From positions 1-64,000 of the IMG/VR virus record IMGVR_UViG_3300050025_000126: DNA of 64,000 nt; one strand, 5' to 3'. A program made the translations under genes and the position numbers. The notes beneath the pieces were generated by a model. It was not told the origin of the DNA. It worked only from the letters and a program-made list of their open reading frames with translations, and did no database searches. The stretch comes from a virus. Position 1 is the stretch's first letter, and every line of letters starts with the position of its first letter. Shown here in pieces: positions 27,895 through 38,090 of the stretch.

Positions 27895-30423
27895 ATGGCA
27901 CTTCAATACACAACTTCAAATGGTCAGACCCTAATCGTACCTGGTGGATATGCCGATTCTCAGGTAGTAGCTACCCCTTCGCAGGTTGCTGCTAATGGTA
28001 TTCTAATGGTAGTGGGTGAAGCTGATTCTGGTCCTTCATATGCAGAAGAGCTAGACATCACCCAGAATGCCTTTGGTCCTGATCAAAAATCGGATATCAT
28101 TGCTAAGTATGGTTCCGGTCAACTTGTAGATGCTTTCGTAGGGGCTGTAACTGCTTCTAATGATAATCGTATCAAGGGTGCTTTTACTCGATTTGTAGTC
28201 GCTAAGACCAACACATCTGTAAAGTCGTCTACCTTGCTACCTGCTATTGGTGGTGGTACTTATGCTAACGTTGTAGCTAAGTCAGCTGGTAAGCCAGGCA
28301 ATCTAATTACAAGGGCGGTAACAGCGGCTAAGGTTGAAATTGGGCCTGTTGTAGGTCCAGCTGTTCTAGCTTCTCCTCAGGTTGTTACAGATGTGACAGC
28401 CCGCATTAGTGGTGGAGCTGCTCTTACAATTGGCGGAAGTCATCTAGCTGTAGGTGCAACTCCCACAGCTCTTGTATCCGCCCTAGGCGCCCTTACTGGC
28501 GTCACCACTTCTGGCGGTGCAGCAAGAGGCCTAATCGGTACTACACGAAACGTAACTGTAGGTAACATTTCGGGGTTATCGGCTACTTTAATCGCTACTA
28601 CAAATTGGGCAGCTCTTCCAGTTGTAGGCGATATTCTTTATCTCCCTGCGGCTTCTGCGTTTAATGCAGCAAATCACGGTACCTGGGTTGTCACTTCAGT
28701 AAGCTCTAGCGGTATCTCTGCTCTAAAAGTAATGGACGCTACTGGCGCTGGTTTTGACCGTGCAGCTCCTTTTGCTGAAACAGTTGCAGCAGCTGCTCCT
28801 GCTGATATGGAAAGTTACAGCCCAGTTACAATCGGTCTAACTGTAGCTGGCGGTGGTGGGTCTCCTGGTCTAGGTCGTTCGCTTGAACTAGCCGATAACA
28901 GCCTTGTTGCTGGTTTGTTCTCTAATCTACTTTGGTCATACAGCCCAACTCTATTAACTGTAAAGCGCTATGGAGCTGTCTCTACTTCTGTTACTCCGGT
29001 TGTTGTTTCTTCTTCACAAGAATACGAAGTAGACCTTAACCTAGTACGTCAAAAAGACGGTATTTCCGAAAATATCGTTGTAGGTGGAAGTCCTGTTCTT
29101 AGCCTTGGTTACGCTGGGACAACTGCTCAAGCTGTAATCAACAATGGAACGATGGTTCTTACCTTGACTGGTGGAGCTTCGGTTTCGTTGTCGCCTATTA
29201 CAATTACTTTGAACGACTTCCCAACTATTGGCGACTTGTGTCAATATCTAAAGGCTTTCGGTGGTTTTACTGCCGCGCCAAGTCTAGCTACCTTCTCCTC
29301 AATCAGTCCAACCCGCCTTGACCCTGGTACCTACAACTTCGGTACCACTTGGGGCGCTATGACTGGTCGTATTAAGACAGACGGCGCAGATTTCCTAGAC
29401 GCCGTTAACTCCCAATCGGTCCTAGTTAACGTAACTCCTCCAAATGTCGCAAGTGTCCTTGTTGGTCTACCCGATATCGCTTCTCTAGGCTTCCTATCTG
29501 GCGGTTCTAGGGGCGGTACGAGCAACGCCAGTATCCAGGGCGCTCTAGATAGTTTGCAGGCCGTAAAGGGCAACCTGGTTATTCCGCTGTTTTCAAATGA
29601 TTCGACAGTAGATGTTGCAGATGGTTCAACCGACCCAAGTTCTGTTTATGACATTGCGTCAATTAATACAGCGGTAAGGGCACATTGTCTCCAAATGTCG
29701 CAGCTGAAGATTAGGAAGCGCCGCATTGGTATGCTTTCAAATCGTGACACGTTTAGTAACAACAAGACCAACGCCTCCAACATCGCTAATTCGCGTTGCG
29801 TTATGACCTTCCAAGACGTAAAAGACAACAACGCTCTAGGTAGCCTAGTTTCTTTCAAGCCCTGGATGGCCGCTATCAAAGCAGGCGGTATGCAAGCTGC
29901 TGGGTTCTACAAAGACATTACCCACAAATACACTACGGTTAGTTCTGCAACTGTTCCTGGTGGTGGCTTTACTTACAATATCAATTCTAATCTAGAAGAT
30001 GCCCTAACTTCAGGTCTACTACCTCTTATTTTTGATGGCAGTGGCTTTAAGTGGGTTTCTGACCAGACTACTTACTCCGTTGACGACAATTTCGTTTTCA
30101 ACTCATTGCAAGCAATGTACGCCCTCGATATTATCATGGCTACAAGCGAACAACGTATGGAACGGGCGTTCACTGGTGAATCATTAGCGGACGTTTCAGC
30201 TACTACAGCTGTTACAGTCTTTGGCGCTATTATGGACGATTTAATGCGTCTAAAGTTAATTGCTCCTTCAGACGATGCCCCTCGTGGTTTCAAGAATGTC
30301 GTTATCAAGATTGTAAACGGCAATGCGATGGTTGTAGGGGCAGAAATCAAGCTTGCTACTTCAATTAAGTTTGAAAGCATCTTATTCATGGTGTCGGCGA
30401 TCCAACAAGTAGCTCAAGGTTAA
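27895..30423 (+). CDS. contractile tail sheath protein
   Basis: IVPGGY…VVGEADSGP N-term; FLSGGSRG; C-term DQTTY…; CAATCTT at 27870; followed by tube. Confidence 0.9.
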   Translation: MALQYTTSNGQTLIVPGGYADSQVVATPSQVAANGILMVVGEADSGPSYAEELDITQNAFGPDQKSDIIAKYGSGQLVDAFVGAVTASNDNRIKGAFTRFVVAKTNTSVKSSTLLPAIGGGTYANVVAKSAGKPGNLITRAVTAAKVEIGPVVGPAVLASPQVVTDVTARISGGAALTIGGSHLAVGATPTALVSALGALTGVTTSGGAARGLIGTTRNVTVGNISGLSATLIATTNWAALPVVGDILYLPAASAFNAANHGTWVVTSVSSSGISALKVMDATGAGFDRAAPFAETVAAAAPADMESYSPVTIGLTVAGGGGSPGLGRSLELADNSLVAGLFSNLLWSYSPTLLTVKRYGAVSTSVTPVVVSSSQEYEVDLNLVRQKDGISENIVVGGSPVLSLGYAGTTAQAVINNGTMVLTLTGGASVSLSPITITLNDFPTIGDLCQYLKAFGGFTAAPSLATFSSISPTRLDPGTYNFGTTWGAMTGRIKTDGADFLDAVNSQSVLVNVTPPNVASVLVGLPDIASLGFLSGGSRGGTSNASIQGALDSLQAVKGNLVIPLFSNDSTVDVADGSTDPSSVYDIASINTAVRAHCLQMSQLKIRKRRIGMLSNRDTFSNNKTNASNIANSRCVMTFQDVKDNNALGSLVSFKPWMAAIKAGGMQAAGFYKDITHKYTTVSSATVPGGGFTYNINSNLEDALTSGLLPLIFDGSGFKWVSDQTTYSVDDNFVFNSLQAMYALDIIMATSEQRMERAFTGESLADVSATTAVTVFGAIMDDLMRLKLIAPSDDAPRGFKNVVIKIVNGNAMVVGAEIKLATSIKFESILFMVSAIQQVAQG

Positions 30424-30443
30424 TTAAAAGGAAGAAATAACAC

Positions 30444-30911
30444 ATGCCAGCAAAAGTTTTAAGTGGTGCAAGGGCCGTTATGGGGTTTTACGATGGGACC
30501 AATTTCAGTCCTGTTGGTATCTTCTCGGATTGCTCGTTTGGCGTAACGTACGATGTGCAGCCTGCATGGATATTGGGCAGATATAGTGCGGCATCTTTAG
30601 ACTATACAGCACTTGAAATTTGTCACGTCACAGCTAACGGCTACCGTATAGTCGATCACGGCTGGTTTAATGACGCACAGTTTCCATCATTGTCCGAATT
30701 GATGGCGTTCAATCCAATTACTATTCAGGTAGTTGATAGGCAGACTAAATCCATAATAGCAAGAATTGACCAAGTAATGCCAACTGCTGCAACTGGAGGG
30801 TTCAGCGCCCGACAGTTGTCTACATCCACCCACACATACCAAGGGATTTTGGTTTCAGACGAAAGTCAGCCTAACAATACAGAATCCCCTGGAGCTATGA
30901 ACCTGCCGTAG
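30444..30911 (+). CDS. tail tube protein
   Basis: 155 aa directly after sheath; VLSGARA…YDVQPAWILGRY. Confidence 0.85.
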   Translation: MPAKVLSGARAVMGFYDGTNFSPVGIFSDCSFGVTYDVQPAWILGRYSAASLDYTALEICHVTANGYRIVDHGWFNDAQFPSLSELMAFNPITIQVVDRQTKSIIARIDQVMPTAATGGFSARQLSTSTHTYQGILVSDESQPNNTESPGAMNLP

Positions 30912-30939
30912 ACTTAGCTGACTTACAAAGAGTAGAAAC

Positions 30940-30983
30940 AGCAACGAGGCCTTAGTGATAATAGCTAGGGCCTTTTGCTTTTG
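30940..30983 (+). terminator. intrinsic terminator after tube gene
   Basis: AGCAACGAGGCCTTAG…CTAGGGCCTTTTGCT hairpin plus T tract. Confidence 0.7.
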
Positions 30984-31067
30984 TATCCCGACAGATTTAA
31001 TCTTCTATACTAGCAGACACGAAGCCATATTGCTTCACAGCCTGGTTTTCTTTCATAGGTGTGCTAG

Positions 31068-31136
31068 ATGTATATCGGCGGCGGTCTGAGTCTACTTATT
31101 ATTGTTTTAATTGTTCTTATTTTGGTGCGGGCCTAA
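31068..31136 (+). CDS. 22-aa membrane micropeptide
   Basis: MYIGGGLSLLIIVLIVLILVRA; AGGTG upstream; TAATG coupling to next gene; TAATCTT at 30998. Confidence 0.5.
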   Translation: MYIGGGLSLLIIVLIVLILVRA

Positions 31137-31309
31137 TGTATTTTTCGTGGAGCCCATTGGTGTTCTTCCTTATTGGTATGATTATGTGGTTACCAAATTG
31201 GAAGTACGGTAAAATTGTTGAATTTGGAGGTTGGATGGTACTGTCGGCTATTCTTACTTTTTGTGTTGGAATAGCGTCGCATTACGGTTGGCACAAGGTT
31301 AACTGGTAA
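31136..31309 (+). CDS. small two-TM membrane protein
   Basis: MYFSWSPLVFFLIG…; two hydrophobic segments. Confidence 0.55.
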   Translation: MYFSWSPLVFFLIGMIMWLPNWKYGKIVEFGGWMVLSAILTFCVGIASHYGWHKVNW

Positions 31310-31912
31310 TTACACTGCCTTCAACAATTTTCTAGAAACAATTACGGCCTGTAGCCCTAGAATCGGCTTGTCTGGCCAAAGGATACAATTATCCTTGCCT
31401 TCAAGTTCTAGAACAGTACCAGAGCCTTTTAGAGAAGTCAAGGAAGAAAGATCGAAATCGACTCTGGAGCCTGGCTTGAGGGGCTTAACAGGTGGGCGCT
31501 TGTAGATACGCCAATCTTTTTCCATTGCCTTCATTGGCGGGTAGTATTCACAGCCTTGAACGACGCATCCTTGTGGAAAGGTTTTAGAAAACCAGATATC
31601 TCCGTCTTGGACAATCTCTTCTGGCTTCAAGGTTCTGTAACCAGCTAGAGGGCCTTTGGAATTCTCCTTCTTGGCACGCTTCTTGCTAGGGCGGTAAAAG
31701 TATTCTTTCTCGTAACTGTAAATAACATACCCGACAGGATAGAGGAAAGAGTTAATTTTCTTTCCTCCCACGACATCCGGTTTAGCGTCTGAATAAATCC
31801 TAAGATCGCCCTTACGAATCTTCTCTCCCACGTCTAGATAACGTCCCTCGGGGAGCCTTGCGCGGTGCTTCTTATTTTTCTTGTCTTCGTATGTGATAAA
31901 ATGTGCTTTCAT
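31310..31912 (-). CDS. RRK-module protein (2 modules + SH3/KOW-like domain)
   Basis: LPEGRYLDVGEKIRKGD…YRP; GYRTLKPEEIVQDGD…YKRP; LKPGSRV…GTVL. Confidence 0.8.
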   Translation of the reverse strand: MKAHFITYEDKKNKKHRARLPEGRYLDVGEKIRKGDLRIYSDAKPDVVGGKKINSFLYPVGYVIYSYEKEYFYRPSKKRAKKENSKGPLAGYRTLKPEEIVQDGDIWFSKTFPQGCVVQGCEYYPPMKAMEKDWRIYKRPPVKPLKPGSRVDFDLSSLTSLKGSGTVLELEGKDNCILWPDKPILGLQAVIVSRKLLKAV

Positions 31913-31919
31913 GTTTTGT

Positions 31920-31957
31920 ATCTTAGCACGTTATAAAAAGATGTCAACAACAATCTT
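31920..31957. promoter_or_regulatory. back-to-back early(-)/late(+) promoter junction
   Basis: Minus: TTGACA-16-TAAGAT, ATG 7 nt later; plus: CAATCTT, ATG 6 nt later; identical 15-mer. Confidence 0.8.
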
Positions 31958-31963
31958 TAAGCT

Positions 31964-32275
31964 ATGCCGGATATCTTAGTAGGAGCAGTTGCGCCAGAGT
32001 CCCTTAAGGTTATTATTAATCAGGGTAGCTCTGGAGTTGATCTTACTACTGCCACGGCGGTTCAGTTGGTGGTGATCAAAAAAGGTGATAACACTAGACA
32101 GTCTTGGACGGGGTGTGTTATAAACTCTCAAACCTTAACAACCCTGGCTGTAACTCATACTTTTCAACCAGGGGATGTTGGTAGGGAAGGCGTATATTCA
32201 GTTATAGCTATGGTCACTATTCCTAGCGGTACGGTGAGGGCTCGGTGCGGTACCTTTAGGGTGGTCGGTGTTTAA
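31964..32275 (+). CDS. virion protein, BppU N-terminal-like Ig fold
   Basis: VDLTTATAVQL…HTFQPGDVGREGVY pattern. Confidence 0.55.
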   Translation: MPDILVGAVAPESLKVIINQGSSGVDLTTATAVQLVVIKKGDNTRQSWTGCVINSQTLTTLAVTHTFQPGDVGREGVYSVIAMVTIPSGTVRARCGTFRVVGV

Positions 32276-32309
32276 CAACAATCTTTATAGGACAAACAGG
32301 AGATAAACT

Positions 32310-32729
32310 ATGGGCTCGTTCTCAGACTACGCAGAAGCAAAAGTTTTGGATTACGTTTTCGGTGGAGCCACCTTCGCCTCGCCAGCTACACTATACGTAG
32401 CTCTTTATACAGCAAACCCAACCGATGCAGGCGGCGGTACAGAGCTTACTATTGGCTCGCTTGGATATACTAGAGCGGTCGTTACCAACAACGCAACCAA
32501 CTTCCCAGCTTCTACAGGCACTACCCCCACTACCAAATCTAATGGTACAGCTATTACGTTTGCGGCTAACACTACCACTGACTGGGGTACTATTACAGGC
32601 GTAGCCTTGTTTGACGCTGCTTCTGCTGGTAATATGATTGCTTGGACCGCTCTGACTGTGTCTAAGCCAGTAATGGTTGGTGATACTGCTTCTTTTGCTA
32701 TTGGAGCACTTACCTTTACTCTGGACTAA
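32310..32729 (+). CDS. virion structural protein (fibre/decoration-associated)
   Basis: FSDYAE…LYVALYTANPTDAG…WGTITGVALFDAASAGN motif widespread in phages; CAATCTT at 32279. Confidence 0.75.
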   Translation: MGSFSDYAEAKVLDYVFGGATFASPATLYVALYTANPTDAGGGTELTIGSLGYTRAVVTNNATNFPASTGTTPTTKSNGTAITFAANTTTDWGTITGVALFDAASAGNMIAWTALTVSKPVMVGDTASFAIGALTFTLD

Positions 32730-32732
32730 GCT

Positions 32733-33179
32733 ATGGCTTGGTACGAAATAGGATTTACCACTACAGCCACAACAACGGGAGCCCCTGTAGCTGCGTTTAG
32801 GGCGCCTACCAGGACATCTAGGTTGTGGGAAATAGGTTGGTCTTGTAACGCCGCGACAGCCTCTACCGCTACCATTCTAAGAAACACTAATGGTTCTTAT
32901 GCCGCTTCTACTTCTACTTCAGTAGGGCAACAGACAAACCCCCTTTGGGCTAACGGTACTTCTTTAGTCGATACCGCTTGGACTACCGCACCTACAATTA
33001 CAGCCGCTTCAAGGCTAAGAAGAGGACAGCTACCGGCTTCTATTGGTGCTCAGTGGGTTTGGACATTTAGGGATGGCTTGTGGGTAAGGTCGGCAACAGC
33101 TACAGATATCGTTGTTCTTTGGAACGAAGGCGCTTCTACCAACTCGGTACTGAACGGTTACGCAGTCTGGGAGGAATAA
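32733..33179 (+). CDS. virion structural protein
   Basis: Thr/Ala-rich 148 aa in late block. Confidence 0.55.
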   Translation: MAWYEIGFTTTATTTGAPVAAFRAPTRTSRLWEIGWSCNAATASTATILRNTNGSYAASTSTSVGQQTNPLWANGTSLVDTAWTTAPTITAASRLRRGQLPASIGAQWVWTFRDGLWVRSATATDIVVLWNEGASTNSVLNGYAVWEE

Positions 33180-35249
33180 GTGTCGTATTTGTCTGGCCCT
33201 TGTGGGGCAGGCGCAGCGGCTCAGGTACCAAACGGTCTGTTTGACAGTGGTCCCACCCTTGCTATAAACCCTGGGACCGAAGCACCAGGCGAAGACCCTA
33301 ATGGAGTCTACGACAACAACCTTTTCGCAACTTCTTATCCAAGTAGTTTATTAGTAGGAGATCCAAGGCAATCTTCGCCAGATCTTTTTGCTGTTTCTGT
33401 AGGTCAATCTAGTGCTACTGGGGCTTTAATTGAAGCCAAGAATATAGTTGGTTTGTCCGTTTTTTCTTCAAGTTTATTAGCCTCTACAAAAATAAGCAAA
33501 AGTCTCAGCGGGGTTACAGCAGGTTTTGTTAGTGGGGCTAGCGCTAGCGAAAAAGTTGCCCGAGCCTTAGGTGCTATTAGTGTTGGTCAGCTTTCGTTTA
33601 CAACCAGCACTCTTGGAAGAATAAAGATACTGCAAGGGTCTATTAGTCTTTTGTCTAGCCTGTCTGTTGCTTCCAACATTTCAAAGAGGATAGCCGGTAC
33701 GAGTGCTGGAGTTTTTAATCTATCCGCCTCTACAAAAATAAGCAAAGCTATTGGAGGCTCTTCGACATTTGTCTCAAGTGTAACAGCTAACGAAAGAACA
33801 GCTAGAAGTTTCTTAGGGAGCACTGCTTTTGTGTCTAGCTTCCCTTCGGTCAATCAAAAAATAGCACGCAGTGTCAAAGGGGCTTTTGTTCTTCAATCTA
33901 GTTTAACGGCCACCGAAAAGGTTCTAAGAACCATTGTGGGGCCGGTTGTTCTTCAGTCGAATGTAACGGCGACAAAACAAAACGTAGCCCGTACAGTTCA
34001 AGGCTTAAGCCAGGCTACTTCCTCCTTAACTATAAGCAAACCGAACGTAAGCCGTAAATTCGTTGGGAGCATTCCTTTTCAGTCTTCTGTTGCAGGGGCT
34101 TCTAAAGTTTCTAGACCAATAGCAGGAAGCGTTATAGTTGTTTCAAGTGTTGTCGGTTCTGGGGCTATTAAGAGAAACCTTGGGGGTAGCGTTCAAGGGC
34201 AGTCTAGCTTAGTTTTGCCAATAAGGGTAGCTAGAAGGTTTTCCTCTTCTGTGGCTGATATTCTTTCTATGTCAGGTACGCTTAGTGTTCAGGAATTGGC
34301 CAAGCTACTTGTTGCACAGATAGACCTTGTGTCTTTGGTCGTCGCTAACATCAAAATACAGAAAGCAATGAAAGGCACCGTTGCTGATAGCCTAGGGGTG
34401 TTTGGGTCCGCAAGCTTGAGCAAGAGACTGGTCGGGGTTTCTAGCGCCGTAAGTCAATTTAGCGCAACTAGACAAAATATAACACGTCTGGTTGTTGGCT
34501 CTTCAGCATTCCACCTAGGTGTAACTGGTAGCATCAAAGAGAATAAGGCCCTTTACTCCTCCTTTGGCGCCTCTAGTACCTTTGTCTCTACATCAAACTT
34601 AAGCCGTAAACTTGCCGCTAACGCTTCTTCTTTACTGTCTATCTCTGCCTCTCCAAGGGTTTTAAGAGCGACTAGGGGTAATGTGACAGCTTCCCTTCAA
34701 GTGGCCTCCAATGCTTCCGTAAAGTTTTCTATGAAAGGGTTCGTTTCGTCTGCGTTAGGGGTGGTTTCTAATATTGCCCTCAACAAGAGACTGTTTGGAA
34801 ATGGTACAGGGTTTTCCCATGTAGAAGGTAATGTTGGGGCGCGTCGGGGGCTTTTTGGTAGAACAGACCTATTTTTGGTCTCAAGCAGTTCTTTTGTAGT
34901 TTTGCGTCACTTAGAAGGCGCTAGCAGTGGCCAATTCACTTTTGATACTAAACCCTTCGACAATCAAGTAGTAATAGTAATAGATACCATTACTGGAGAC
35001 GTTGTCGATGTCTTTTACGTTTTGAACAGTAATTTAGACAACTCCTTGGACGATTCCTTGGGAGGAGACATAGATATATACACAGAACTCGTGGGAGACG
35101 TAGAGGACCGGGATGTTGTAGTTGGTAGTATAGAGCCTAAATCTTCTCTAGAGGGAGAGATTATTCCTTTGATCTATCCTCTAATTACTTCTGTAATATT
35201 GGCCCCAAACAGTTCTATTAAAGGGGACATCGATCTCAGCTTGAGATAA
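33180..35249 (+). CDS. repetitive beta-fibre-like virion protein
   Basis: About 20-aa periodic [KR]x[LI]xG….SS repeats, acidic C-terminus. Confidence 0.6.
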   Translation: MSYLSGPCGAGAAAQVPNGLFDSGPTLAINPGTEAPGEDPNGVYDNNLFATSYPSSLLVGDPRQSSPDLFAVSVGQSSATGALIEAKNIVGLSVFSSSLLASTKISKSLSGVTAGFVSGASASEKVARALGAISVGQLSFTTSTLGRIKILQGSISLLSSLSVASNISKRIAGTSAGVFNLSASTKISKAIGGSSTFVSSVTANERTARSFLGSTAFVSSFPSVNQKIARSVKGAFVLQSSLTATEKVLRTIVGPVVLQSNVTATKQNVARTVQGLSQATSSLTISKPNVSRKFVGSIPFQSSVAGASKVSRPIAGSVIVVSSVVGSGAIKRNLGGSVQGQSSLVLPIRVARRFSSSVADILSMSGTLSVQELAKLLVAQIDLVSLVVANIKIQKAMKGTVADSLGVFGSASLSKRLVGVSSAVSQFSATRQNITRLVVGSSAFHLGVTGSIKENKALYSSFGASSTFVSTSNLSRKLAANASSLLSISASPRVLRATRGNVTASLQVASNASVKFSMKGFVSSALGVVSNIALNKRLFGNGTGFSHVEGNVGARRGLFGRTDLFLVSSSSFVVLRHLEGASSGQFTFDTKPFDNQVVIVIDTITGDVVDVFYVLNSNLDNSLDDSLGGDIDIYTELVGDVEDRDVVVGSIEPKSSLEGEIIPLIYPLITSVILAPNSSIKGDIDLSLR

Positions 35250-35259
35250 ATAAATCTTT

Positions 35260-35754
35260 TTAGATATCATACGTATTAAACCCAAACCCACCCATAGAAT
35301 AATAGCGCGGCTTAGAATCGCTCCTGGGAGTCAATAGGACCATCACAGAAGTAAGCAAATCTTGGCTTGGCTTAGGCGTATCTTTCTCAAAATAGAAGAC
35401 AACCGGCAAAGAGAACTTCTTTAATGTATTGAGCCATTTAGAAGGTTGAGTTAGCTTCAACTTGATTCCAGGGTGTCGTTTAATAGCTCGCTTAGCTTTG
35501 TGGTTGAGCCTAGGAGCGTAGTTTGGGTTGAGTCTGGAGGTTATCTCCTGCCTGAATTCATCGACGCTTAAATCGCTTTTGGCTTGGTTACAATCATAAC
35601 ACGCTGGGTTGAGATTTCTAATTTTCCAAGTGCCACCTTGAGCTTCGGGTTTAATGTGGTCTAACGTAAGAAGGGTAGATGGCTCACCGCAGTAAGCGCA
35701 TCTACCCTCGTACTTATTGTATATCTTTTGTCTTTTTGTCTGGCCTGGTTTCAT
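35260..35754 (-). CDS. HNH endonuclease
   Basis: CAYCG…TLDHIKP…GG…NLNPACYDCNQAK; leaderless after TTGACT-16-TACCAT (35762-35789). Confidence 0.9.
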   Translation of the reverse strand: MKPGQTKRQKIYNKYEGRCAYCGEPSTLLTLDHIKPEAQGGTWKIRNLNPACYDCNQAKSDLSVDEFRQEITSRLNPNYAPRLNHKAKRAIKRHPGIKLKLTQPSKWLNTLKKFSLPVVFYFEKDTPKPSQDLLTSVMVLLTPRSDSKPRYYSMGGFGFNTYDI

Positions 35755-35795
35755 TCCCTATATGGTAACACAAACCAGGCTTTAGTCAATTACTA

Positions 35796-36998
35796 TTATA
35801 CCTTTCGGCGGAACTTCTTGAACTTGGCATTAAAGGGGCCTACGACGCAGCTATAATAGGTTCGATCTAGAGGTCCCCAAACCGGTTCTTCTTCGTTAAA
35901 ACCAACAACCTGTTCATCTGAAATTCTAAGGGGTTCATTCTCAATAAGAAATCGATACCCATCTCCTACCTTACGCCGTGCAACAAGACTACCTCCGCAG
36001 TCTCCAGGTGTATCTTCCGCAAGTCCACCAACAGCTATCCAGCTGCTGTTACCCATTGCGGCAAAAATAATTTCATCGGTCTTTTTCATCTTCTCGTCCT
36101 GTCCTAGGCGTCGATATCCCTTGCCAACATCGAAGCCATCGTAAGGAATGGGCTCTACGGGCATAGCTTGCTTGTCTTCGGTGCGTTCAAGCTCAGTGGC
36201 CCAGAACCAGGAATGAGTGTACTTTTCCTTTTCTTGCGGTACGTCATACTTGACACGACACGCCTTATTGGCTAGCTTGTTATAATATCTGTAATCCACA
36301 ATGACGCCCGTAGCTCCAAGGAATCGAGAATATTTGCTCGACACCTTAACCCTATCGTGGGATTGAACAACGCTGGCAGGCTTTGCTGGCTGTTCATATT
36401 TGTAATCGTTTGGCACCTTGCGGCGATATTCAAACCCAGAAAAACCCAGCATATTGGTCTGACACCCTACCCAATGGGGGCGAACGTCTAGCCACTCATT
36501 GGAAAGATTCTTGTCGAAATATTCATCCCCAGTTTCCAGCTTCTCTCCAGCCTTCAGTGGGCGATACTTTTGAACCGGTGTGACAATCTTGCGGCGGTAA
36601 TAGCTCCAGGATGTGTCTCTTGCATTAACCAGACAGCCTACACGGTCAGAAGGACGCCAGGTATTGTCAAGGGCAAGCCATTCGTCACCCTTTTCGATAG
36701 TCTCGCCTTTAACCATATACCTATAACCCGCGTCACAGGCTTTGGGCAATGGACTAACCGGCTCTGGCTTGACTTCAGGTGCCTTAACCTCCACCTTGCG
36801 GCGGAACGTAACGCCTTTCATTTCTCCAATTTTGTTTCCAATGCAGGCGTGAGCGTGGATGAAGTGTGGCTTATTTTTGTATTCTCCATTACTAAAATCA
36901 ACGTCCCAAACAAATTCGTCCCCTTCCTTAACGACCTCTCCCTTACGAAGCCATCGGTAACCTGGTGCGCACTTTGGTCTACGGGTCTTTGTACTCAT
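35796..36998 (-). CDS. RRK-module protein (5 modules + SH3/KOW-like domain)
   Basis: Five YRxLxxGE…[GTS]DE…RRK[VI] modules; DRVKV…GATGVIV…WFWATELE insert; AAGGAG RBS. Confidence 0.85.
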   Translation of the reverse strand: MSTKTRRPKCAPGYRWLRKGEVVKEGDEFVWDVDFSNGEYKNKPHFIHAHACIGNKIGEMKGVTFRRKVEVKAPEVKPEPVSPLPKACDAGYRYMVKGETIEKGDEWLALDNTWRPSDRVGCLVNARDTSWSYYRRKIVTPVQKYRPLKAGEKLETGDEYFDKNLSNEWLDVRPHWVGCQTNMLGFSGFEYRRKVPNDYKYEQPAKPASVVQSHDRVKVSSKYSRFLGATGVIVDYRYYNKLANKACRVKYDVPQEKEKYTHSWFWATELERTEDKQAMPVEPIPYDGFDVGKGYRRLGQDEKMKKTDEIIFAAMGNSSWIAVGGLAEDTPGDCGGSLVARRKVGDGYRFLIENEPLRISDEQVVGFNEEEPVWGPLDRTYYSCVVGPFNAKFKKFRRKV

Positions 36999-37033
36999 GT
37001 GTTATCTCCTTTGGTTTTTGAAACTGTAAACGA

Positions 37034-37103
37034 ATACTAACATATCTTAAAAAGTTGTCAATACTTTATTTTAGGTTGACTTTAAATTAAAGTATGGTAA
37101 GAT
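37034..37103. promoter_or_regulatory. divergent pair of sigma70-type promoters
   Basis: Minus TTGACA-16-TAGTAT; plus TTGACT-16-TAAGAT with ATG 37112 eight nt later. Confidence 0.75.
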
Positions 37104-37111
37104 GGTTGGTC

Positions 37112-37720
37112 ATGGAAACTTTTAAGAAAATTCGTAGGTGGTATGAAGGTTGGCACGTTGGGCCACTTAAACACGTGAGCCGGTTCTTGTATTGGCTTAG
37201 AACCCATACCTATAATAGATATCACATGTTGAACTTAAAGAATAGTAGAAACGGTTATGCCTGGGGATATTTAGACAAGTCTGAGGGCATTCTTTTTGCT
37301 AATATGGCGATTTTGGTTGACTTTGTTGAAAAAGAAAAAGCCTTTGATTGTCACGTAGATTGGCGTAGTGCGGCGGAATGTAACGCCAACGGAGAAAACG
37401 AAAACGACCCATCTAGTGATGCCAATCGTGATGCCCATGCAGCGGCCAAGAAAGAAATACTTGAAATTTATAATTGGTGGGTCAAGGGGCGTAAAGAAGA
37501 ACACGATGCGTTGGATAAGATGTCCGATGACGCATACCAACACACCTCTTTCAAATTAGAGCCATCTAAAGACCACCCTAAAATGTTTGATATGGTAACA
37601 GCTAACCGTCCTTCCAGCGACGTGGTAGAAGACCTTTGGAACCGCGAATCCGCTCTAGAAGAAAAAGATAAAGAAATGATGATTCGGCTTATCAAGGTCT
37701 CTGGATTTATGTGGACCTAA
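37112..37720 (+). CDS. hypothetical phage protein
   Basis: Leaderless start; ILVDFVEKE…EIYNWW…MMIRLIKVSGFMWT. Confidence 0.65.
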   Translation: METFKKIRRWYEGWHVGPLKHVSRFLYWLRTHTYNRYHMLNLKNSRNGYAWGYLDKSEGILFANMAILVDFVEKEKAFDCHVDWRSAAECNANGENENDPSSDANRDAHAAAKKEILEIYNWWVKGRKEEHDALDKMSDDAYQHTSFKLEPSKDHPKMFDMVTANRPSSDVVEDLWNRESALEEKDKEMMIRLIKVSGFMWT

Positions 37721-37748
37721 ACGCAATCTTTTGTATCGGAGGAAAGAA

Positions 37749-38090
37749 ATGAAAACACGCAAGATACCATATGTTTGTCCAGTTTGCAATGGAAGCGGAG
37801 AAGGCAACGTTCTATCTACTTCTATGAGTAATACCCTGCCGCCTAAATGTAAAGCCTGCAAAGGCGAATGTGTGCTGTGGGGCGAGGAAACAGACGACAG
37901 CGTTGATTTCAGCAAGATTACGATTAACCCCGCACCTTTAACAGTTCCTAGTGACTATATTCCTTGGTATGAACCTTATAGCCCCTGGAGACAGATTGAA
38001 CCTTATACACCTCCCACGGTTGCCCCTTATCTTTGGCCTAATATCACCTGGTGTTGTAACAATACAGGCTGTCCTAACTTCGGTTTCTGA
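37749..38090 (+). CDS. small Zn-finger (CPVCNGSG…CKACKG) protein
   Basis: GGAGG RBS; CAATCTT at 37724. Confidence 0.6.
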   Translation: MKTRKIPYVCPVCNGSGEGNVLSTSMSNTLPPKCKACKGECVLWGEETDDSVDFSKITINPAPLTVPSDYIPWYEPYSPWRQIEPYTPPTVAPYLWPNITWCCNNTGCPNFGF

